DNA from: Veleropilina oligotropha
Taxonomy: Eukaryota
Length of the DNA: 64,000 nucleotides
NCBI GenBank assembly: GCA_048128005.1
Contig: JBEUKZ010000032.1
Coordinates: 62,001 to 126,000, forward strand
Direction: 5' to 3'
A program made the position numbers and the translations under genes. The notes below the pieces were generated by a model. It did not search any database. It saw only the letters and a list, made by a program, of their open reading frames with translations, and was not told the origin of the DNA. Positions 30,522 through 42,716 of this stretch are shown here, piece after piece; within the stretch, counting starts at the first letter, position 1; every line of letters starts with the position of its first letter.

Positions 30522-33500
30522 TTACCATCGACATTGAAGGAGAAACATCAAAGCTGTTCCTGGAATAAATGTTTGCAGACGAAAACCGACCGACTTCGTT
30601 ACCGCTTCCGGTGGCCATGGTTCCGACACCCTGGTGGTGAGATTGCAACGAGAGTAGGTCTCACCGGGAAGAAATATATCCAGCAACTCGTCAAAGACAT
30701 GGGAAGCCACACGGCCACATTTCCCGCGAATCACTCTATGGACGCACGAGAATAATTGCTTCAGCAACCTGAAATGGTGGGGAAAATGGTGTCATGAGAG
30801 ATATTTACAAATTATCCGGTGTTTCCCCAAAGTTCTTCACCATGTTTAAATATGTTTCATTCTCGTAAAGCCTTCAAGACTATGCCTTACGTTTGTTCGA
30901 TTTCAATAATATGAGAACAAGCAGTATTTCATCATAATAAATATCCAAATATTCTCAAATATCGAGATAATGGGGCTCAATGCTATAGCCAGTTTGCTAT
31001 ACAGGAGATCTCACATGAGTGGTCATTTAATATCACATTTATGAAATGAGTTAGCTAAGTTTCAATTTTCCGGGAAAATATGAAAATTAGATAACGAGTT
31101 TCATAAATGTGATATTAAATGACCACGAATGTGAGATTCTATTTATCATATATCTTAAACTTATAAAGAAACATGCTGTACAACGTTGCTTTTAATTTTG
31201 TTGACGCGTTCTAACATAATTATGCGGCGCAGTGATAGAAGATGAAATTTGTGATTGTTGACGTCATAAAAATGTGGCAATGGGTGTGAAAAATAACCCT
31301 GTTTTTATCTACTTTATATACTATAAACAGCAACAAATGCTCTTATGAAAAACCTAATGTCGCTTTATCAATATTATACTAATCCATCAAGCTCTATTCA
31401 AGGAACATTAAATGTGCGGCACGCATGATGCTTGTATGTCGAATTCATTCTCGTTATCGACTTTGCAACTCGGCCTATATGTCGTCTGCTTCACGACGAA
31501 AGTTCGTCAACTTACATATAAAGCATCAGAATCACGAAAAATTTGTCGGCTTTGTATATGTTAACAATAATTATAAACACGGTTTCAGAATAATTTTATA
31601 AAAATGCAACGTTAATATGTTAGTTTCCATTTAAAATGATATCGAAGCGACGACAATATGGCTGCTATGAATGAAATGAAATGTACGTCAACAGACTGCA
31701 TAGCGGAAAGTAAACTGCAAACTACTACATTGAATTTTGTACGCTATGATAATCGGGAGTTAAACGATCTTACCTGGATATCAGCACCTAATATTTTTAC
31801 TAAATATTAATCGTTAGTTGCAAATATGAGTACTATCCCTGCAACACGGCAATAACCATGTTCATAGTAAAATCGTCTTAGTAAAAGAAGTGCTAAATTA
31901 CTGGCAATGACTTTTGTGACCCGTTCCGCAATTGGCTGTTCTGATCCATTGATTAAATTATCCAATCAAAATTACATGAAAGTTGATATTAAACACTGTT
32001 TAATATCGTTTTTATTAAACACTTTGGCCCTATGTAAAATGACCCGAATATATGATAAAATCGATTATCACATATCTAGGTCACATGTTCGCATAGTGTA
32101 ACACCGTGTCTTATTCTTCGTATTAGACGCGTGTATTAAAGCCTGCTTGAAATGTGATTGGATGATTTAATGAATGAAATTAGAACAACAAATAGAACTG
32201 CCTGTTACTAAAGGTCGAGCGCACTTCTTGTTTTTTACTAGCTATTGTTAACTATAATGTCATAATGAGATTGCCGCCAATATTTGTAATGTTGACATTA
32301 TGGCGGCGATAGTGGAAACATTTATAGCAACGGCCACAAAACAACAACATGTTAGAGATTATTGGAACTGATTTCGAGGTAACGAGATTGCAGACGCGAC
32401 AATCACATATATGCAGGACCCGAGATACGTATACATAGCTTCTTCGCGATAGCAGACGTCAATGACAGATTCAAACCGGTCAGCGACACATGTATCTGCC
32501 GCGTTACTGTTTTTGGCAGATAGTTTTAAATCCTAATGAAAATTGTTATTCTAATATGTTCATATAGTTTATATAAAGTTATATCGTTTCAGAGAATATT
32601 TGTTAGTTATTTAATTAGTTAAACTCGTTTCATAAATGTGATATTACATTACCACTCATATGAGATCCTCTATTTATTATATTCTGTGTATCCAGGACCA
32701 TTTTTTCTTTAATACCGAGGATTATCATAAGGTTTGTGCAAGTCAACAGCTGATACATATGACGATGTTTGGTTGTGAAAATGTAGAAGTCATTGGAGGT
32801 GTGATTACCCGCAAATGGCGCGTTCGAACTCCTCTCCGTTCTCGATCAGGTCGCCCGACATAAAGTGAATCGAGGCGTTGATAAACTGATCGGTGTAGCT
32901 CTCCATGCAAGCGCTCGTGTTGTCGACGTGTCGCGCATAACAGCCGGCGAACATGCGGTATTCTGAAACATGCAGATGGGCGCAAATGATAAACGGTATC
33001 TCAAAATGCAGTAGTCTACGCGTGCTGTACTGACGAACGTTATTTAACCAAATATTATGGAAGGGAAAAACAGTCAACTGTTTTAACCGATATAAAATAT
33101 CAGAACTTAAAATGTGTCAATGTTAAATACAAAGCATCTTATTCTAACTTCAGTCCAGTTAAAGGAAAATATATCTTTTGATTTTTGATATTCCAAATTT
33201 AGTTCATTGGATATAAATATCAATATATGTAAGTGAAAGTAAACGAGATCACTAATAACCTTTTCTGGCTTTTTTATGGCACAGAACCTTCATTCCCTTT
33301 TCAAAAGAGCTCGTCATCGAATCGATTAGAAGTTCGGACTCGGGGCACCCTCGCCGGAGATCGTGAATGCAATCCAGGCTGTCATGATATTGGCTGCAAC
33401 GAATAGAGAGGTCTAAACCATACGGCGTATCATCATGTGTCATGCAGCAGTGAAATAAAGCATGCTTATAGTTACTAACACAAGGATAAAGAAGTGAATA

Positions 33501-36500
33501 TCAACAGATGACAGAGTATGCGGGGCTCACGAGTTATCGTTGGAAACTGATATTGAAGAGCTTCACGTTTGATACTACGAATACACCTACCTGACCATCG
33601 GTAACTATACAAACTCTGGACATCTATGATGATTTGTGAAGTGAAGTGATGAACCATAACCTATTCCAAGATACTCAATCCATCTGGTCAGAGATTCGAA
33701 AACCCCATTTGCAGTGTCGCTTGTCGCGATTGTATATGGAAAAACAGTAGAATCAAGGTCTATGATACCGAAAATAAGGAGTGGATGTTACACACTGTTA
33801 CGCAGAGGCGTGAATTCCTTACATAACCATGCCACACTCATTAGACGTTGACTTATTTAACCACACGTCGTCTGCTACAGGGCCTCAAGTTCTTTTTTTG
33901 ATAGCGTTTATCCCTGGCTCAGTGCACAGTCCCCGGACGCTAGGCCCAAAAATACGAATAAAACCCGTTCTACACAATGCCCCATATACTGATGTATATA
34001 ATATATATACATCAGTATATGGGGCATTGTGTAGAACGGGTTTTATTCGTAATTTTGGGCCTAGCGTCCGGGGACTGTGCTCAGTGCTTCTAAAAAATGA
34101 TCCGGATTCAGATTTTATGACGCAATTTCTGGTTTACGGGGTTTCTGCTCTAGCGTCGAAACTCTTCTTCGTTCAAATTTCAAAATAGGATCAAAATGTT
34201 CTTTAGCTCACTGGAAAATGACATTGTAAAATATATGTATAATCAAGGTTCTAATTATCGACCAATGAAAACGCGGTATTTCTCGTCACTTATTGCCGAA
34301 GACGGTACTTTGCCTGATCTATTGTTTCCGAGGCTTTACCCATTATTAAGAATAGGAGTGACAGGAAGTAATGTCCAAAATATTATGCATCTACTTGATA
34401 AAATGGAAAAAGCAAATTATATTGTATTAAATATATTTTTCGATAAAATAAAGTTTGTCAAATTTTACATTTATAATTAATTTGTGTGGATAAATTAAAT
34501 TAGCTTGGAAGTCGGTTAGACGGCACCTTGTAGTCTCGCTCTACGTGCTCGACTGTTATTTTAATAAGACTATACAATCTGCCGTCTAACCTATACTATT
34601 AAAATAAGATAGTTTTTCAGAGAGGGGTAAAATTAATGAAATGTGTCACCATTTTTACCTTCCACAAATCGAACGAATTTAATAATTTTTGTAATGCATT
34701 CGAAAGTTCTGGTGCTATTGTAAAGATATCAGCAAAAATGGGAACACGGTCCTCCGATATTATTCAATTCTACGTATTTGTTCATGTCTATCTTTCTGTA
34801 CTCTGATTCAACTCAACTCACCGAGAATCAACGATAAACAATATATTGGCAATGTTCATGTTGTAAACGCCCCGGGCAACTAGTTGAGTTGGAAAATCAA
34901 TATTATATGGAACGCCATTCATATTTTTAATCATGATTTTCCAATATTGATAAATGACTTTTCAATATTGAGAAATGATTTCCAATATTGAGAAATGAAT
35001 CTCCAATATTGAGAAATCATTTTTCAATATTAAGAAATTAATTTTCAATATTGAGAAATGATTTTACAATATTAAGAAATGAATTTCCAATATTGAAAAA
35101 TGAATTTCCAAATTACAAATTCAACCTATTTTCAAATATTGAAAATTCATTTTCCAATATTGAAAATTCATTTTCCAATATTGAAAATTCATTTTCCAAT
35201 ATTGAAAATTCATTTTCCAATATTGAAAATTCATTTTCCAATATTGAAAATTCATTTTCCAATATTGAAAATTCATTTTCCAATATTGAAAATTCATTTT
35301 CCAATATTGAAAATTCATTTTCCAATATTGGAAATTCATTTTCCAATATTGGAAATTCATTTTCCAATATTGCAAATTCATTCAAGTTCCTGTCACCAGA
35401 GTCACCTACCGGCATTAGTGATTTTCCAATATTATAAATGATTTTTCAATATTGAGAATTCAAGTTCCTGTCACCAGAGCCACCTACCGGCAATAATGAT
35501 TTTCCAATATTGATAAATGATTTTCCAATATTGAGAATTCGGGTTCCTGTCAACAGAGCCCCTATCGGCATTAGCGAATTTCCAATATTGATAAATGAGT
35601 TTTCAATATTGAGAATTCAAGTTCCTGTCAACAGAGCCACCTACCGGGAATAGTTATTTTCCAATATTGATAAATGAATTTCCAATATTGAGAATTCGAA
35701 TTTCCAATATTGATGATTTTTCAATATTGAGAATTCAAGTTCCTGTCACCAGAGCCACCTACCGGCTATAATGATTTTCCAATTATAAAAAATGAATTTA
35801 CAATATTGAGAATTCGAGTTCCTGTGTCACCAGAACCCCCTATCAGCAATAGCGAATTTCCAATATTGATAAATGATTTTTCAATATTGAGAATTCAAGT
35901 TCCTGTCATTTTTCAATATTGGAAAATCATTTTTCAATATTGGAAAATCATTTTTCAATAATGGAAAATCATTTTTCAATATTGGAAATTCATTTCTCAA
36001 TGTTTGAAAATCATTTATCAATATTGAAAAATCATTTTTCAATATTGTATATTCATTTCTCAATATTGGAAATTCATTTATCAATATTGGAAAATCATTT
36101 TTCAATATTGTACTTGACTTAGAACCTTTAAACAGTTACATTTTCTAAATACCTCATTCCGAATATGAAAATACTGGCTCTAACTATCAGGATATGGCTC
36201 GAATCCCGGCTGTGGCAATGCCAACTCTTTATTCAGTTACCTATCGCATTTGTCAGTATCTTGCCGGAGATGTCTGGTTTTCCTGGTTATCAGGCTTTCT
36301 TCACGCGATAATATGGAGATATCCTGCCTGGAATCTAAAGGTTATAAATATACAGGATATTAAGCATCAATCCAATACAACTATTATCAAAATATTGCTG
36401 TTTTGTAAAGAATGCTTGAACCGATAATTTTCTAGATATTTCATTATAATGCATGTCTTGAATTTATGATTGTGTGTCTGCGTGAGAATGTTACTATTTC

Positions 36501-39256
36501 TATTTCACGTTGATAGGCGTACAACGAAACGTTCAATTTTACGCTGGGCTTGCGACGCAATTGTTGAAATCCAAAGTGATTTGTCATCTTTTAAAAAATG
36601 CGCCAGATGTTCTTCCTGGTTGTTGAAGGCATTTTTCAACATTGAAAAATGATTTTTCAATATTAAAAAATGATTTTTCAATATTAAAAAATGATTTTTC
36701 AATATTGGAAAGTGAATTTCCAATATTGGAAAATGAATTTGTAATATTGAAAAATGATTTTTCAATATTGGAAAATGATTTTTCAATATTGGAAAATGAA
36801 TTTGCAATATTGGAAAATGAATTTGTAAAATTGAAAAATGCATTTGTAATATTGAAAAATGAATTTTCAATATTAAGAAATGACACAGATTTCTCAATAT
36901 TGAAAATTCATTTTTCAATATTGGAAAATGAATTTTCAATATTGAGAATTGATTTTCCAATATTGAAAAATATATCATTTTTCAATATTGGAAATTCTTT
37001 TTTCAATATTACAAATTTATTTTCCAATATTGAAATATGCGCGTACGTGTTTTTCAATATTGGAAATTCATTTCTTAATATTGTAAAATGATTTCTCAAT
37101 ATTGGAAATTCATTTCTCAATATTGGAAAATCATTTCTCAATATTGAAAATTCATTTATCAATATTGAAAAATCATGATTAAAAATATGAATGGCGTTCC
37201 ATAATATTATACCTATACTGTAATTTGCTCCCTTTAAAACTGTTGCGAGCAAGTGTGAGATATATAGATTGTCCTTCCCAAATATAAATTCAGCAATAAG
37301 TTTACCCTCCAAGTGTGGCCGTTTCGACAGTCGTGTGGTTTCGGTTGCAGACTCCGAAAATCACCGACTTCATTACATTGACGCGAAAAGTAGTGGGTTC
37401 AAACCTCGGCTGGGACGTGACATTATTTGTTCAAGTTATGAATCACAGTTGTCTGTAGCTTGTCGGAGAGGGCGGGTTTCCTGGGCATCCGGGCTTTACC
37501 CCCGTGATAATAATTATGGACATGTCCTACTTTGAACTTAATGGTTGGAAATATACATGATATTAAGCATCGATCCTTTCCTTTCCTTTTTTACCATCGA
37601 AGTGAATACAATGCAGGTAATACCCACGTGCATGCTTGCTCCCAAACGTCGACAGTCAGGAGTCCGCCTAATGCCGGGGTTTGGAACAGATGCAGCGGAG
37701 CCATGCAAGCCTCCGCTTCGACCATCAAGGAGCGGGGGTCGATTGCACATGACTGGTACTCGGGACTGAAGAGGACTGCAAAATGATGACTCGATTACAA
37801 TCAATACAAGTATTATGCAATATCAATATACAGTATACGTTTATTTATACACATGAAACCATGCGCACTGCAGTTAGAGTTAATGTGCATATGGGCATTT
37901 CTAATTACTTGCCCAGTATCAATGTTACAGTAAAGCAATATCAATAATATAGTAAATATTTTATCTACTACCAAAATATGCATATTATCTAAGGATTAAT
38001 GTCTAAGTAATTTGTACATACCTAGGATAACCAGACATTTGGGTCCGATTGATGCAGGATATCTTACATTTGCTTTGCGGAACTGCATAATGTGTACGTG
38101 GTGTACCTTTGTCAGAAGGTCCTTTGATGTGGTATTGGTCTACTTACATTGCCTCTTGCCTGGTTTCACCCAATTTCTGCCTAGGATTCGTTGGAAGCCG
38201 AGTTAACCCGATTATGTCCGCATCCACTGATCTGTACCTTGGCTGTTGATCGCCATCCAATAACCTCGCTGATTTGGAATAACGCCGTTTATCCTATTGG
38301 AACAACAATTTACGATCGCCTTCAGTGTTATTGGCCTGATTATATCGTTGGTATCCCTGGATCCTGATTATATCATTAATACCCCTGGATCCTGATAATT
38401 CTCCAGGGTTTGGCTGGATATATGTCGGTCACAAAAACAATATCTCAGACTGCTAATTAACCCGGGTTATTGACATCATAACACCATTACAACACGACCT
38501 TTTTGGATAGTGAAAAAACGCCTTGAAAGTGGTATGCTTTATTATACTGACGCTTAAACTGAAAGTAAAGATAATGTCACAGGTGAATAAAAAATAACCT
38601 GAATTTTGAATCTTTGATAAGATATTAGCTGCTAATTTAATACTCATTATATCCATTAATGCGAAAAGTTGCCCAAATATGCTGTTTAAATTACTTGACA
38701 TTTTGATGATTGTACTCTGCAACAACAGAAATGAAGGGTTTATTTCATTGTTAAAAGTATATATCGTCAATAAGAATATTGCATATATCATTTAGTTGTG
38801 GTGTACTCTGCTATGGGGTCATGTTATGACGTCCATCGATGTCTGCGAACATTGAATGGTTTGATTAACCCATTTGTTCGCAATCAATACCCAGGTCCCG
38901 GGGTATCGCTGGGCCATTGATTGCTCGTTTATTCGGTAACTATGTTAACGCTTTTCAATCACATCCTTAACACAGCCGACACAATGTTTATCTGCTAGTC
39001 GCCATTTACGTTATATGTTGCAAACATATGAATCGATATCCGGGGGGAACGCAAAATTAATATGTATTTGTTGGGTACACGTGTTCTTGTTCTTCAAAAA
39101 TTGGATGTCAACGTTCAATCAATGGGCATAGTAATTGTGGCATACGTAGTAAAAGGTTGTACAAGATATTGAAACAGTACGTACAGTGATTATGTTCTTG
39201 AAAATAAACCACAGAATAACTGAATGACCAGAATTTCCAAACACAGACAATTTCAT
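30522..39256 (-). CDS. Spliced host gene: secreted Cys-rich helical protein (DUF19/CPG4-like), probably GPI-anchored, about 252 aa
   Basis: Exons 39256-39181 (tentative), 37775-37628, 33393-33260, 32962-32809, 30768-30522 have AG/GT boundaries with matching phases (1,2,1,2) and give one open frame with regularly spaced Cys and a hydrophobic C-terminal tail. Confidence 0.75.
31000..32673. mobile_element. Intronic non-autonomous hairpin (Crypton-like) element(s)
   Basis: Hairpin about 31007-31138 (ATCTCACAT..AATATCACATTTATGAAA / TTTCATAAATGTGATATT..ATGTGAGAT) with a further inverted copy at 32620-32673; may be two adjacent elements. Confidence 0.55.
33925..34079. mobile_element. 155-bp palindromic MITE with CA...TG ends
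   Basis: Near-perfect palindrome CACAGTCCCCGGACGCTAGG...CCTAGCGTCCGGGGACTGTG flanked by direct repeat CTCAGTG (33918-33924, 34080-34086). Confidence 0.85.
34907..37202. mobile_element. Foldback-type element built of 21-bp AATATTG-containing repeats
   Basis: TIR ATGGAACGCCATTCATATTTTTAATCATGATTTT at both ends; AATATTAT on both flanks (34899-34906, 37203-37210); internal 21-bp arrays in alternating orientation. Confidence 0.8.
37313..37570 (+). mobile_element. tRNA-derived SINE (degenerate)
   Basis: A-box-like TGGCC..GTGGT, B-box GGTTCAAACC, body motif GGTTTCCTGGGCATCCGGGCTTTACCCC. Confidence 0.5.
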
Positions 39257-39815
39257 ATGTTTTTCAGGCTTTCATACAATCTCCTTCGCATGACGTCATT
39301 GTGTTGCCCTACAAACGCCTTAGGCACGGCTCTCTCTGCTTCGATATTGACTTTCATACTTGATTAAATACCTGCAGAAAATGACGAAATACATAATTTT
39401 GGAATCAGACACACATTGAATCCGGATTCATGTCGTTTCATAAAAGTAACAATGTAGGCCTATCAAGAAAAACATATTCGGGATTATAATGAAATTGCTA
39501 AGACGTGTTCGTGTTTTGCAATAATAACATCTTGATTAATGTTAGGCTGTACAGTTAGTTGTCACTGAATAAGTTATCCTGGAGTTTTCAAAATGAACCC
39601 ATGAGCATGTAGTTGTTTCAGATAGTTCGAATGCGCTGTATTCTCATCACATTATAATTGATAAGGTTCAATAAATCCAGGTAATGGAACTCTCGTTTAG
39701 AAAGGTCAAGCATGAACCTAGACCACATTGGATGGAAGACCTTTCATCGAGGCTTCCGACAACGATAGGACGGGCACAATATTAAAAGTTGGCGTAAAAG
39801 TTTAAGAAAAGTGAA

Positions 39816-40043
39816 GTAGGTAGGTTTGTTTAACGACCACGTTTTTGACAATTTTTCGGCCTTATCGCGGTCGGGACACCCGGTTTAAGATCTCACTCCG
39901 ATCTGATCGACATACATTAGGGATATGCCATCTATTAGTTTTAAGCCTTAGGATAAGCCAGGCCGGCGCGGGCTTGAACCCACATCATGCCGTCCCACTT
40001 AACGTTTTCCCGACGCCGTAACCATTTGGGCCATCGAGGACAG
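39816..40043 (-). mobile_element. tRNA-derived SINE
   Basis: Minus strand A box TGGCCCAAATGG and B box GGTTCAAGCCC; 14-bp TSD TTAAGAAAAGTGAA (39802-39815, 40044-40057). Confidence 0.75.
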
Positions 40044-40455
40044 TTAAGAAAAGTGAAATAATATTGTCTGATCAATGGTAGACGTTATCAGGGTGGGTGA
40101 TTTTGATAAATCATCTGTAAGTGAATGATAACCCAAGATTTCTTATAAGGTGCATGACGAATTAAGCTGCATAATAGCACCATAGGCAGCATCTACATCT
40201 TAAATAGAAGAAAAGTATCACATAGAGCTCCAGTAAACCATTCAGTTGAGTGTTATGCATGTCTGACACTTGCACGAATGTTGGTCACGAATAGGTACGC
40301 ATGGTGACGTGCCAATGATGGAACTAGTCGTGAAAGCATGATTGGGGCTTCGTGTCAAGTGCGTACGTGCGCGCCAGCCCGTGTCAGAACTTTGTAATTT
40401 TCAAAAAAGTGTCACGCCATATTTTCGTGCCAGTGGCGTGGCTAATGCGCAACTT

Positions 40456-42716
40456 ATTTATTTATTTATTTTATTTATTTATTTAAGGTGCCGGTTCAGC
40501 TTTTGCTGATCTTCCACCGGGCCTATACATAGTAAATACATACAATAGTAAAAAATATATACAGTAGATACATGTAAATAGTAAAACAAAACAAATAAAT
40601 ATAGATAAGTCTATAGATAAGTGATGTAAAAAAACACAGATTAAAATATGACGTCACCGACAAAAAGAGGGAGGAATATAATTGTTTACTGTTTAGTAAT
40701 GAAGTGTTTGGCACAAAGGTTCATAAAAGTATGTAGTGTTGGTGCGTTTCTGATGTGTAAGGGGAGGCTATTCCATTCATTGGCTCAGTATAAGCAAATG
40801 TTCTGTTATGCGCAGTTGTTGATCGGCCACGTGCGTATAATTTCTCAGTAGATGATTTGCGTGTGTTGTGGTTGTGCGATTCAGATATTAACTGAAATTT
40901 GTCACATAGCTTTGGCGGCACACATTCATGTATGATTTTGTAGACTAAAGTACATTTTAATAATTGTGGTTGTGCGATTCAGATATTAACTGAAATTTGT
41001 CACATAGGTATGGCGGCACACATTCATGTAAGATTTTGTAGACTAAAGTACATTTTAAAAATTTAAATCTGGTAGCGATATCCATCCATCCTAATTTAAG
41101 AAGCATGTCAGAAATAGGGGTACGATAGTCACATCTTAAGATAATACGCATGGCTCGGTTTTGCAGTTTTTGGAGTGTTTTGATGTTTTGTGGACGTGTT
41201 ATCCCATTTGACGAACAATAGTCAAAGTGAGGGAGCACAAGTGTGTCGCAAAGCGTGATTTTGGCCCAAACTGGCAAGAGTTTACCAACTCTGTAGAGGA
41301 TTCCAATTTCCCTTGAAAGTGTCTTAGCTATGTTATCAATGTGCGAGTTCCAGCTTAGATTTTCGTCCACAGTTATGCCGAGGTATTTCGCTTTCGTTTC
41401 TCTGACAACTGGGATACCCATGATGCTGATGTTCACGTTTTCTAGATTATGTATAGGTTAACCAACGTGGGACTGTTGATTCTTGAAAAATAATTCACGC
41501 GGGCCGACAGGCCCAAGTGAATTAATTTTCAAGAATCCACAGTCCCAAGTTGGTTAACTTATTTAATCCATTTTGACAATATTAGCTATTTGTTATATTT
41601 TAAACATTATTATATACATGAAATCGCCAATTTAAAAACAATACGATAGAAATTTTGTACGAATTGGGGTTTACTCTCCCAAAACTCCTGTCGGATCCCA
41701 TTCCTAATTAGTTGAAGGCGCCGCTTAATCATGGTTATGAATAGACGTTTAATGTGCTCGTTAAGTGCAATTATACCGGCATGCAAGGCGAAATATTTGT
41801 GCGTCATGATGATGTACATTTCAAAGCACGCTCACTTGGCTTCAGATGTTTGACCAGAGCACACGTGGGATTTACCTCTGCAGAGAGCATCAGGTATAGT
41901 ATAATATTGCAAATATATGTTGTATTTTAACGACATTTCTGTGATATAATATTTAAATAGCTCTCGGTGTTCGTTTCAAAGTAAAGCAATGGAACAGATT
42001 CTTCTGAACGTTAAACGTGTATTACATTTTCTTCATTTGGGTAACGAATTTAATGTGCTTGAAGTTTGTTGTCAGTGCAAAAATGTTGTCTACGCGTTAA
42101 AATAATTAATATTTTCTTTTTAGTGTCCAAGTGTACTAGAATGGACTCGTCCGCAGATAAATCTACCTCTTTGGATTATATACTGCGTTAAACATGCTTT
42201 CCTCATTTTCTGGAATGGAATCGTCCATAGCATGGAATTAATGCACATAACGCTTGTTTAATTGGTCTTTCAAGCAGACACAATGATTTTGTAGCAGTGG
42301 ATTCGTGTAGAATAATCAACAGTTATAACAAAAGAAAACTAGGTCAAAATGGATTAAGTTGAGTTAGTCTCTGTTTCGTTCCAATGATCAGTATATTGGT
42401 CTTGATAATATTTAAGCTAAGCTTATTTGCTGCTAACCATAATCTTAAGGCGTCCAAATCGGCTGACAATTTGTAAGATATGTTTTCAACGGTTTTGTCA
42501 GATAGAAATATAGCGATATCATCGGCAAACATATTTACATGACAATATTTTAAACAACATGGGAGATCATTAATATATAATATAAACAATAGTGGGCCAA
42601 AGATAGACCCTTGGGGGATTCCCATTGTTACAGGTTGTTGCGAAGATAAACATCCACTAATTTCAGTACATTGTTGTCTATTACAGAGGTAGTCATTAAA
42701 CCAATCAATTTATGTA
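40456..42716 (-). pseudogene. 5'-truncated L2/CR1-group LINE (RT C-terminal part)
   Basis: GIPQGSIFGP, FADD, KYLGITVDENLSW, LQKLQNRAMRII; (TTTA)n tail; AACTTAT duplicated at both ends. Confidence 0.8.
41453..42357. mobile_element. Hairpin-bearing non-autonomous insertion inside the L2 fragment
   Basis: Hairpin GTTAACCAAC.TGGGACTG...CAGTCCCAAGTTGGTTAAC (about 41456-41558); TTAATCCATTTTGAC inverted at about 42342-42357; separates two RT fragments. Confidence 0.6.

Noticed and set aside
35051..37312. Repetitive ORFs such as (FSNIENS)n and (LKIHFPI)n
   Set aside because: Translations of the 21-bp repeat, open in several frames and on both strands.
39960..40040. Possible tRNA gene
   Set aside because: A/B boxes present but no convincing cloverleaf; a tail and 14-bp TSD indicate a SINE.
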